Shown one piece after another: positions 10,328-18,971 of a stretch of 64,000 nt of DNA. Origin of the DNA: a virus. The position numbers were made by a program, and so were the translations under genes. The notes beneath the pieces were generated by a model. That model was not told the origin of the DNA. It made no database searches and saw only the letters and a list, made by a program, of their open reading frames with translations. The stretch covers positions 21,043-85,042 of IMG/VR virus record IMGVR_UViG_3300012936_000005. One strand, 5' to 3'. Each line of letters starts with the position of its first letter. Positions within the stretch are counted from its first letter, which is position 1.

Positions 10328-11028
10328 TATTTTACGCCAATTCTCATAAATCTATTATACTTTGGCAACTCTAAGGATCCTGAATAAAAGCAGTCCATCA
10401 TTGGAGATTGTTCTTTAAATTCCAAAGGATTTTTTACACAATTTACGTGATCCTTCACATCGAAAAAATTGTTAGATTGTAAAACAACTAAGGTACCATT
10501 TGGTATTTTTTCATACCACTTATTAAATTCTTTGATATGTTCACAACTTGTATTGATCACAGTATCAGGACAATCTGTTATATCTCTACTCATTCTGTTA
10601 TTAGCTTTGCTCCAAGTTTGCCAAGTATGTTTATTATAATCAATATCCATTATATCTTGCGTTATTGCTTTGAATTGCCAATCTTTTTTTACTTGATTGC
10701 GATTTATTGTATCTGCTATTTCTAAACAACTATCGTCTATGTCAAAACTTCTAATTTTATCTATTGAGCAACGACTTCTAAACAACATGGCCGCAAGTGT
10801 AGCATACCAACCAGCACACAAAAATACAGTTCCTAATGGCACATCAATATCTTCTAAAGTGTTAACTAACCATCTTTTGCTTTTAAGTTGTCCCCAACTT
10901 AAAGCATCTGTCAAATCAGCTTTATGATTATCCACAGCATTACGCAAATTATTGAATATAGGATTGTCAGTTAGAACTAACATCCTTCCAAAAATATCGT
11001 TATCGTCTTTCCAATTAATGCTCATCAA
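10327..11028 (-). CDS. class I SAM-dependent methyltransferase-like protein
   Basis: GQLKSKRWL, VFLCAGWYA (motif I-like), SFDID (motif II acidic), VINTSCEH. Confidence 0.6.
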   Translation of the reverse strand: MMSINWKDDNDIFGRMLVLTDNPIFNNLRNAVDNHKADLTDALSWGQLKSKRWLVNTLEDIDVPLGTVFLCAGWYATLAAMLFRSRCSIDKIRSFDIDDSCLEIADTINRNQVKKDWQFKAITQDIMDIDYNKHTWQTWSKANNRMSRDITDCPDTVINTSCEHIKEFNKWYEKIPNGTLVVLQSNNFFDVKDHVNCVKNPLEFKEQSPMMDCFYSGSLELPKYNRFMRIGVK

Positions 11029-11698
11029 ACTTTTTCCTTAGCCATTCAAAATCATTTATTAACCCAAGATCAGCCCCGCTAGAAAGGCCAAACTGCATAC
11101 CATCCCTAGCACCTCTAATCGCAAATTCACCAAACTCTCTATCGTGTCCCACGGTTGTCCAAGTTTTAAGTCTTCCATTTGTTTCTTGCTCCTTTTGTCT
11201 ATCTATTGTTTTACTTGATAGTTTAGCACATTCTCTAAAAGCACTTTTCCAAGTATTAAAAGGATCTGTGTTGAATGCTGTTATATTACTTACTTCGTTC
11301 ATAACTTTAAATTTATCACTTATGCTTGTAGTCATATCGTTAGTATTTGTATCCATATTTTTTGTTAATGTAGTTGGAAATAATTTTACACCTCCATAAC
11401 CATAAACAAGATCATTAATTGGATTCATACATCTGTATACATGAACTAGATCCTTTTCTTCTGTAGTGTATCCAAAATTAAATTCATCTACAATTACAGC
11501 ATCTCCATCAACTACATAAAAGTAACTTGAGTTTGCAAGTTTGGCCGCTTCTACATGTGCGTTATGAATGCCTTTAACATCTTTTACACGTTTTACTCTA
11601 TCACCAAATACTCCGACAGTATTGAATCTTGAATAAAGATTGTTATAATTTTCTTCTGCATTTGGTTCGTGATAGCTTATAAAAATAATATCATACAT
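11015..11698 (-). CDS. GT-A fold (GT2-like) glycosyltransferase
   Basis: DIIFISYHE, GIHNAH, VVDGD (DxD), YGYGGVKL, W..AFRE; paralog of 13058..13978. Confidence 0.65.
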   Translation of the reverse strand: MYDIIFISYHEPNAEENYNNLYSRFNTVGVFGDRVKRVKDVKGIHNAHVEAAKLANSSYFYVVDGDAVIVDEFNFGYTTEEKDLVHVYRCMNPINDLVYGYGGVKLFPTTLTKNMDTNTNDMTTSISDKFKVMNEVSNITAFNTDPFNTWKSAFRECAKLSSKTIDRQKEQETNGRLKTWTTVGHDREFGEFAIRGARDGMQFGLSSGADLGLINDFEWLRKKFDEH

Positions 11699-13058
11699 TT
11701 TTACAAATCTCCAAAAATTGTTCGTACTCAGGAAAAACCTTTACAAAATTTACATCTCTTCTTTTGTCATATTGTTTTGTAAACCTAAAAAACATTTTTT
11801 GAGCTTCTTGCTGTTCTTTCCAAAAGTCGTCTTTGTTTTTAAGTCTGTGCTCTACATCTGATACAATGCGTTCTAGCTTTACAGTCTCAATCTGTTTGAA
11901 GCCATGATGGTCTGTGTTTTCTTGCATAAATTTTAATGCAGGTTTTAAATAATCATCTACCACTTGTTCATTTGCTATTTTAACATCTAAGAATGCAGGA
12001 TTTCGCACATACGGAATGTCAATTAGTATCCTTTGGTTTCCTGGATGCCTACCCCAATATGTTGACTTTAAATATAGCACCCAGATCAAAAACGACTTGA
12101 ATGTTGGTAAACTATAAATGTTAAAAGCACTCATGAAACTTATTTTACTTGCAGTATGTCTTGCAAAGTATTCGATGTTATCAGTAAACAATCGCCAGTC
12201 CATACCAAATCTACTATATTCTGCTTGAGTACCTGTACTTTCTGCACTTGTGTATAAACAAAATTCTCTAATAGCATTTGAATCTTCTAACTTCTTTATA
12301 GACTTTGTAAATCTTTTCCATAAATCTTTAGGTGGGCATCCATTACTGTTAATTGCAAATTTTAAATTGGGTTGCGGATGTTCAATTAAGTAATCAATCA
12401 CTCTTTGAGTATGTTTACTTAACAGAGGTTCTCCTCCTGTAATACGGAAAGTATGCATATGTTTTACTGCTTCTGGAAACCATTTCCAAAATGCTTCAAT
12501 ATATGGATTATCTTCACGCTCAGGTATAGGCGTTTCGTTAGGATCAATCATATTGTATGCCCAAGTGTTTAAATCATATGGTCCTTTTTGCTTAACTTCT
12601 TCCATCCATTTACTACTAAATGGCGGACCACAATATGCACATTTGAAATTACATACATTACTAAAACTAATTTCTACATATCTAGGATAAAAATCTTCGT
12701 CTCCTGTAAAGTTGCTAATTGTATCGTAATCGCTCCAACTAAACGCATCAGCACTTTTGTAAACTCTATCACTAAACTTATCTGTGTTGTCTTCGATACG
12801 CCAGCAGTAATCGCACTCGCCTGGGCGTTCATTTTTTAGCATTTGCTTTCTTACATTTTTTTTGAAGCCTGTATTATGAAGTGCATTAGGATTTTTTGCA
12901 AGTTCATCTAAATCAATCCTATGTGCTTTTACATGATGACAACTATGATTTATACCTGTGCCTAAGTGAATTGTAACTTGTGTCCATTTGGCAAGACAAA
13001 ATCCGCACCCAACTTTATCTAGTTTTTCTTTAACTTCTATTGGTTCACCTTTAAGCAT
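11691..13058 (-). CDS. radical SAM protein (subfamily B)
   Basis: FCLAKW...SCHH...CDYCW N-terminal domain; CNFKCAYC; TGGEPLL; NSNG. Confidence 0.9.
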   Translation of the reverse strand: MLKGEPIEVKEKLDKVGCGFCLAKWTQVTIHLGTGINHSCHHVKAHRIDLDELAKNPNALHNTGFKKNVRKQMLKNERPGECDYCWRIEDNTDKFSDRVYKSADAFSWSDYDTISNFTGDEDFYPRYVEISFSNVCNFKCAYCGPPFSSKWMEEVKQKGPYDLNTWAYNMIDPNETPIPEREDNPYIEAFWKWFPEAVKHMHTFRITGGEPLLSKHTQRVIDYLIEHPQPNLKFAINSNGCPPKDLWKRFTKSIKKLEDSNAIREFCLYTSAESTGTQAEYSRFGMDWRLFTDNIEYFARHTASKISFMSAFNIYSLPTFKSFLIWVLYLKSTYWGRHPGNQRILIDIPYVRNPAFLDVKIANEQVVDDYLKPALKFMQENTDHHGFKQIETVKLERIVSDVEHRLKNKDDFWKEQQEAQKMFFRFTKQYDKRRDVNFVKVFPEYEQFLEICKNV

Positions 13059-13978
13059 TAATTTTCCTTATCAATGAACTGCTGGTTGCCGCCTCTGCTT
13101 GGATTTTGATAAACAGTTTTAAAAAAAGAGCTTTGTTCTTCGTTGAGAGGTTGTATTGAAATAGGTATTTCTAAATTGTTTACTAAATCACTTCCGTAAT
13201 TAAAAATTTCTGTATGTAAAACATCTTCGGGCATTTGATCACGTCCTGCCCAGAGATTGTTAAGATATTCAAAGTCTCGTACATTTACATAATCCCAATC
13301 ACTTAACATAGTCATACTAAGTCCTTCTCTGGCTCCTAATATGGCCCAGTTTCCGTTTTGTACATCTGCTCCTACCATTAACCAAATCCATAGTCTATGT
13401 AAATTTTTCCAGTGTCCTTTTAAGAACTCTTCTTTGGTCGGCTTGACTCCTCTGTCAAGTGCCATTTTTACACCTTCACGAAATCCTGCTCGCCAAGCCT
13501 GATGTGGAGTTTCGTTATTATGTACATCTGAATAACAACTGTTTTGTTGAATATACTGTAGGTCCCAACAAAAATCAACCTGTGCAGACTGATTATTAGG
13601 ATCAGCGTTTTCGTGTGTACGCATATTTAACACAAATTCTTTAGGCCAACATTTTAATCCGCCGTTACCATACATCAAACCGTTTATACTATTTTTTCCG
13701 CACCAACTAATCACACTGTTGGCTAAGTCTGTATGTTCGTCAAAATCTAAAACTTGGTTTATAAAATCTTGACGAATTGTGTTATCGCCGTCGACTGTTA
13801 CAAATCTATCTGTTTCTGATAATTCAGCACAGGCTTTATGTGCCGCATCTGACCCTTCTACACCGTGTACTCGTTTTGCCCAAGGAACTTTTGTAAGTAG
13901 ATCAGCATAATTTTTTTCAGCATTTGGTTCGTCATAGCTTAGGTATATTATATCTAATTCTGCAATTTTAACTTTCAT
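13058..13978 (-). CDS. GT-A fold (GT2-like) glycosyltransferase
   Basis: DIIYLSYDEPNA, GSDAAHK, TVDGDN (DxD), YGNGGLK, WRAGFREG. Confidence 0.65.
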   Translation of the reverse strand: MKVKIAELDIIYLSYDEPNAEKNYADLLTKVPWAKRVHGVEGSDAAHKACAELSETDRFVTVDGDNTIRQDFINQVLDFDEHTDLANSVISWCGKNSINGLMYGNGGLKCWPKEFVLNMRTHENADPNNQSAQVDFCWDLQYIQQNSCYSDVHNNETPHQAWRAGFREGVKMALDRGVKPTKEEFLKGHWKNLHRLWIWLMVGADVQNGNWAILGAREGLSMTMLSDWDYVNVRDFEYLNNLWAGRDQMPEDVLHTEIFNYGSDLVNNLEIPISIQPLNEEQSSFFKTVYQNPSRGGNQQFIDKEN

Positions 13979-14520
13979 TATAACTCCTTATACATACAAG
14001 TTGCCATATCGCAATTAGCGTAAACACTGTATGGTCCTTTTATATTTAAAGGTTTAGATTCGTTCGATGCAATGTTAAATGTAAGTTGTTCATACAAAAT
14101 ATGGGGGTCACCTTTTTTTGTAAAACTAAAACTTATTTCTTTTTGTAGATCAACATTTGTAGTTTTCATTGTATCTAATAGTTCAATACCCGTATTAATA
14201 TAACATCTTTTGGTAACTTTGTCAACAGTCAATAACAGATCGTACATGATTGATTCGTCAACTGGTTTAATTTCAATGAATTTTGCTTCATGTTGTACAT
14301 AGATATTTTTCTTAAGTACAAATTTCTTATCACTACGATTATAAGCAACAACATAGTCTGTCATTTTTTCTTTCAAACTTTTAATAGGTTCTACTTCTTC
14401 TTCAGTAACTTTTATGTGTTGGTATCCTTCTTCTATACTAGGACCTATACTAAAAATTCTTCCAGTCTTTTGATTGAAGCATACATATTGTTGTGTATGT
14501 GTGCTAACGTGATGCATCAT
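13978..14520 (-). CDS. hypothetical protein
   Basis: 180-aa ORF coupled to both neighbours, GGAG SD. Confidence 0.7.
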   Translation of the reverse strand: MMHHVSTHTQQYVCFNQKTGRIFSIGPSIEEGYQHIKVTEEEVEPIKSLKEKMTDYVVAYNRSDKKFVLKKNIYVQHEAKFIEIKPVDESIMYDLLLTVDKVTKRCYINTGIELLDTMKTTNVDLQKEISFSFTKKGDPHILYEQLTFNIASNESKPLNIKGPYSVYANCDMATCMYKEL

Positions 14521-15313
14521 ACTCTCCTATAATATCTTCAGCAAATTTTTGTTCAGTGTAATGAACTATACCATGTTGCATAAAATTTCCTATTTTTAAA
14601 TTAAAGTCTTCATCTAAATAATAAGGTATCCTATCTAACCAGTTTTCTGGAGGGTTTGACCATCCTTGTATTTTACTTTTCATATGTACGAAGCTAGGAG
14701 ACTTTACAGTATAATCTTCTATGTTGTTTTCTAGTATAGCAATAGAATGATTTACATCCATGCTACTTAATTTAGGTATTTGTTTAGGTGCATAAATTTC
14801 ATAATATTTTTCGTAATTTTCACATATGCGATTCAAAGTTTTATAATACTCTAATGCTGTATCATCTTTTTTAAAATAATGAAATGCACAGTAAATGTTT
14901 GGCAGACTATTTGCTGTAAAAGCCTTTCGATAATAATCATTATCAATAAGATGATTTCTGTAATCTCTTACATTAGAAATAAATCCAATACTTTTTTGTG
15001 CAAAATATTTCCACCAGTAACTAATGTCAGATAAAAATATCATATCAGTATCTAACACAACTGTTTCTTCATACGGAGTTAAATGAAATACTTTCCATCT
15101 ATGCTCTGTCTTATAGAAACTTTTTGCGTGTTTGTCGTGCCACGGAACTTCTATAATTTTATCAAATAGTCTTTTGTATCTTCTTGGCACTCTATCACTT
15201 GTAACAAGAGAAATGTTTTTTATAGATTGTGTCTTTTTGATGCTCATCGCACATAAACATGCTTGTAGGACATAATTATCGCCCATAGCAACCATAATAT
15301 ATCCTTTATCCAT
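14504..15313 (-). CDS. GT8-like glycosyltransferase
   Basis: Y...A.LCAMSIK, LVTSD, FDKII, TPYEETVVLDTDM (DxD), FVHMK, HY. Confidence 0.7.
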   Translation of the reverse strand: MDKGYIMVAMGDNYVLQACLCAMSIKKTQSIKNISLVTSDRVPRRYKRLFDKIIEVPWHDKHAKSFYKTEHRWKVFHLTPYEETVVLDTDMIFLSDISYWWKYFAQKSIGFISNVRDYRNHLIDNDYYRKAFTANSLPNIYCAFHYFKKDDTALEYYKTLNRICENYEKYYEIYAPKQIPKLSSMDVNHSIAILENNIEDYTVKSPSFVHMKSKIQGWSNPPENWLDRIPYYLDEDFNLKIGNFMQHGIVHYTEQKFAEDIIGEYDASR

Positions 15314-16130
15314 TTATAAGTTCTCCTAGACTAAATTTATTCATTACATGAACATTACAGTCTTTTGTAGATGCTAGTATATATTCACCGTTGTATTTTT
15401 CTTTTTGCAATAAAAATGTAAGTGAGTTATCTTTAATTGTTTTTATGAAGTCTCTGTCTAGTGTATAGAACATAGTTCCTGGTAATGTTTTAGCCCAGTC
15501 ACTATCAGTAAATCCGTTCATCATATGGATAGCAATACTAAAGACATGGTCATTCCTAAAATTTCTACTTCCTATGTCATAAACTTGTTCATAGTGGTTC
15601 CAATTTTTAACCAAGTGTTGCAATAGATCAAAAAATATTTTTGTCTCATTTGTTTTTTTAAAACAAAAGCAAGTAGCCCAATAAAACGGAATTCCAGTAT
15701 TGTTTATAAAAGAGAATTCATCATGCTTGCGCCATTCACACAAATCTACTCCGTGCTTATAAATTTGAAAATCATTTTTGCTATCAAAGGCATGTTTTAA
15801 TGAATTATTACAAATTACATAATCTGTATCAAGAACTAATGTGCTTTCGTAAGGCGAAAGATCATAACTTTTTACTCTATCATTATTTTTAAATTGTAAT
15901 TGTTGATGATGCAAAGTACCGTTGTAATAACGTTTGTAATTAGAATTATTATCTTCTATCTCTATTACTTTGTCAAATAGACCAACATTTTGTAATTCAC
16001 TTGCTGTTGAAGTGACCAATGTAGTAGGCAAATCCAAATGTTTTTTCACACGTTCTGCAAGTATTTCTGCTTGCCTTAAATAATCTACTTTTCCGTTATT
16101 GTGTGCAAAACATAATACACCATTAGACAT
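15306..16130 (-). CDS. GT8-like glycosyltransferase
   Basis: SPYESTLVLDTDY (DxD), WAT, FRND, HVMNK; paralog of 14504..15313. Confidence 0.7.
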   Translation of the reverse strand: MSNGVLCFAHNNGKVDYLRQAEILAERVKKHLDLPTTLVTSTASELQNVGLFDKVIEIEDNNSNYKRYYNGTLHHQQLQFKNNDRVKSYDLSPYESTLVLDTDYVICNNSLKHAFDSKNDFQIYKHGVDLCEWRKHDEFSFINNTGIPFYWATCFCFKKTNETKIFFDLLQHLVKNWNHYEQVYDIGSRNFRNDHVFSIAIHMMNGFTDSDWAKTLPGTMFYTLDRDFIKTIKDNSLTFLLQKEKYNGEYILASTKDCNVHVMNKFSLGELING

Positions 16131-16470
16131 CTACTAAACCTTCTACACTACGTTTGGTGCTGAGAATCTTATATTCTTCTAAGTACTTATTTGTTGCATC
16201 TGTATATTGTTGCATTGCTTTTGATACAAAGTCAACAACACTTTCTATTTGTATTGGTGTATTGTTATCATCAACTATGACTGTTTTCTCAATGCCGCCT
16301 TTACTAAGCATAAAAACAAAATTTAGAAGTTCTTTTGTGATTGTAAACTTGCCGTTATCGGAGTACATTACAAGTTCGCCTAAGTATTTCTCGTGTAATA
16401 TACGCTTTTGTGCATTTAGAGTCGCAGTAAAATTTGAAAATTCTAGTGCTTTTTCTAGTGCTTCGTCCAT
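16123..16470 (-). CDS. hypothetical phage protein
   Basis: 115 aa, GGAG SD, upstream GTAAATA late-type motif. Confidence 0.75.
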   Translation of the reverse strand: MDEALEKALEFSNFTATLNAQKRILHEKYLGELVMYSDNGKFTITKELLNFVFMLSKGGIEKTVIVDDNNTPIQIESVVDFVSKAMQQYTDATNKYLEEYKILSTKRSVEGLVDV

Positions 16471-16506
16471 AGTTATACTCCTAGTTTATAGTATAACTAT
16501 TTACTC

Positions 16507-17421
16507 TTATAAACCGTCTGATGTGTTGAAAGTTGGCGCTGATATGTTAACACTACTAGAGTTGTTAGGTCTATTAAGCTGTGCTGTGCTTGTTGTAGTA
16601 GCTGTTACTGCTTCGTCAAAGTTTGGATTGCCTGTTTTATCTTCATTAAATGTAACTCTGAATGTTAGGACTGCTCCGTTCTTCCTTGCTTCAATAAGAT
16701 AATCGTTTTGTGAATAAGCTGATGCTGTTTTATTAAAAATTGTTGTAAAGCCAGTAGGTAAGTTTGAATAACCAAAGTTTGTACCTACAGATCCATTCGA
16801 TGTAGTACTTCTACCAAATACAACTGTACCTACACTAGTCATTAAGTTACGCCAGTCATTGTTAATAGTACTGTTACCTGAACCAATTGTTCCACTTATA
16901 TTTACACTACCACCTGCATTAAAAAATACACGCATATGATCTGCACCACTTACTGTAGTTGTTGACCCGTCACCGTTAGTTACACTATATCCGCCAAATG
17001 TTACTGTAAATGTATGGTTAATATCAGTTGACCAATCTGCGTTTCTTATACTTTCTGTGCCATCTTGCAGTCCTAATTGGCTTGCCGCCGCACTTAATCT
17101 TGATGCTTGGCAGGTTGTACTTAAACTTTCATATTGTACATAACCTTCTTTACTAGTAGCGTTTGAATCTTCTATTGTATCGCCTACACTAGGCTGTGCA
17201 ATTTCACTTGGTACAGTACCAGTTTGGTGTAATCTAATCTTAGTCATATCAGTAAACAGATTTGTCATATCTTGAGCTGTAACTGTTGCTCCAACCGCAA
17301 CTGTTTGACTTGCTCTAGCTTGACCGTAACCTTCGTCACCTGAACCTAAACCAATAACTGCCGCTACTCTTGCTTGGATAATGTTGTACCGCGCCGCGGT
17401 AATTGTGTCGCCTACTGCCAT
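16507..17421 (-). CDS. putative virion structural (tail-fibre-associated) protein
   Basis: G/S/T-rich beta-type composition, AAGGAAG SD, located in the fibre cluster. Confidence 0.6.
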   Translation of the reverse strand: MAVGDTITAARYNIIQARVAAVIGLGSGDEGYGQARASQTVAVGATVTAQDMTNLFTDMTKIRLHQTGTVPSEIAQPSVGDTIEDSNATSKEGYVQYESLSTTCQASRLSAAASQLGLQDGTESIRNADWSTDINHTFTVTFGGYSVTNGDGSTTTVSGADHMRVFFNAGGSVNISGTIGSGNSTINNDWRNLMTSVGTVVFGRSTTSNGSVGTNFGYSNLPTGFTTIFNKTASAYSQNDYLIEARKNGAVLTFRVTFNEDKTGNPNFDEAVTATTTSTAQLNRPNNSSSVNISAPTFNTSDGL

Positions 17422-17440
17422 ATTACTTCCTTTTTAATAC

Positions 17441-18937
17441 TTATACTTTAAGTACACACTCGATAAGTTTTTCTGACTCGTCAGTACTTGATTCTAAAGC
17501 TATTCCTACTAATGCTGTAGTTTGTACTGTTGAGCATACTCCATCTTCCCAAGCGTAAACTGCTTCGCCCTTCTTAACAACGCCTTTGCAACGCACCGGT
17601 ACACGACCTTTAAGTCCGATTGCTTGTCCTTCTGCTTCACTATTCATTAAGTAAGCAGGTTCAGCTGAAACAACACCAATTGGCATTGAACTTGATTTTG
17701 CACTGATACATTCGTGATCATTTTCGTCACCAAAGTCAACTGCTACTGCTGTACCTACTGGATACTCTTCTGCTGTTGTATATTTCTCTGCTAAGTCAGC
17801 ATATCTTGCACTTGTTGATATACCGTTAAAAACGTTTGCGGCAATATTACCGCTTGAGTCACGTACTGCAACTGTGTTATTTGTTGCGTTAACGTCACCT
17901 GTTCTATAATTACTACCAACTTGAAGTGCAATAGCTTGTGTTGCTAATCCGTTAAATGAAGTTGCATATATATTTCTCCATTTATAATTTGCATCACCAA
18001 TATCATACGTTGATGTTGTAGTTGGGATCATTCCTGAAGACTGAATTTGGAATACTTCAGTTGTTACGCCTCCTGGCGACTTAACTCTAAATCTAATTTT
18101 TTGTCCTACAGTGTTTTCTATAATAGCTTCGTTACCTGCACCAGCTGAATCTACAAATATTTTTAAATCATTTGCCGCGCCAACTGTATATCCATCATCT
18201 GAAAATCTAACAGTTTCGCCAAATGAACTTTCTTGCCCTGGTGTGTTCTGTACGAAGTTTGCCGCACTAACACCGCCTAGTGATTCAGCGTTTGTTGCTG
18301 TTCCGTGAAATCTATGTGCTGAACTTGTAATACCGTTTGTAGAACTTGTTGTATTTCTTAGGGTTACACCTTGACGAACTACATCAAAACCAGTAATGGC
18401 ATTGGCTGGATCTGTTGTATCAATAGTAAATTCTGCGTTGCTTACAATAAACACAACGCCATCGTCAACTGTACCTTTAATAATTGTTCTATTAACTTGA
18501 TTGTTGTCACGTACTTGTGCAGTAACCATAGCACTTACAGTTTCGCCTATTGACTGTGGACCAATTAGGACAAATCCACCGTCAGCGTTTTGTGCATATA
18601 GCTGATTGTTGCCGCTATCCCACCAAAAATCACCTGTTGTTAAACCAACTGGTTGTGTAGTGCCTACTTCTGCACCACCTGTTGTTCTAAATTGTGTGCC
18701 ATCATAGAACTTTAATTTCTTTAATGAACTATCAAACCAAACCTGTCCTGATAATGGACCTGCTGGCGCATTTCCACTAGCAAAACTTTCTAGTAAATGG
18801 ATAAAGTTTTCGTTCTGTATCTCACCGTAACCAGCATAGTTCTTACCTACTAATTTAAGCGAAGTACTCTGATCAATGGTGCCGTCCTCAACAGTAACTA
18901 ACGACCCTCCATTTGTTAAATTTATTACGTATGCCAT
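17441..18937 (-). CDS. tail fibre with C-terminal intramolecular chaperone (autocleavage) domain
   Basis: Shared N-terminal MAYxIN...GKNY.GYG...ENF..LLE.FA anchor; ARY/ADLAEKY...GVVS..PAYLMN...LKGRVPV IMC-type tail. Confidence 0.75.
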   Translation of the reverse strand: MAYVINLTNGGSLVTVEDGTIDQSTSLKLVGKNYAGYGEIQNENFIHLLESFASGNAPAGPLSGQVWFDSSLKKLKFYDGTQFRTTGGAEVGTTQPVGLTTGDFWWDSGNNQLYAQNADGGFVLIGPQSIGETVSAMVTAQVRDNNQVNRTIIKGTVDDGVVFIVSNAEFTIDTTDPANAITGFDVVRQGVTLRNTTSSTNGITSSAHRFHGTATNAESLGGVSAANFVQNTPGQESSFGETVRFSDDGYTVGAANDLKIFVDSAGAGNEAIIENTVGQKIRFRVKSPGGVTTEVFQIQSSGMIPTTTSTYDIGDANYKWRNIYATSFNGLATQAIALQVGSNYRTGDVNATNNTVAVRDSSGNIAANVFNGISTSARYADLAEKYTTAEEYPVGTAVAVDFGDENDHECISAKSSSMPIGVVSAEPAYLMNSEAEGQAIGLKGRVPVRCKGVVKKGEAVYAWEDGVCSTVQTTALVGIALESSTDESEKLIECVLKV

Positions 18938-18963
18938 TTATTAACCCCTAATTGTGTTATATG

Positions 18964-18971
18964 TATTTATA
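18964..18971 (-). promoter_or_regulatory. T4-type late promoter TATAAATA
   Basis: Exact consensus upstream of the tail fibre gene at 18937. Variants NNTAA(A/G)TA also at 6671, 16498, 17438, 23520, 42274, 42748, 50334, 55811, 57823 (minus) and 54664, 57794, 61931, 62855 (plus). Confidence 0.75.
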
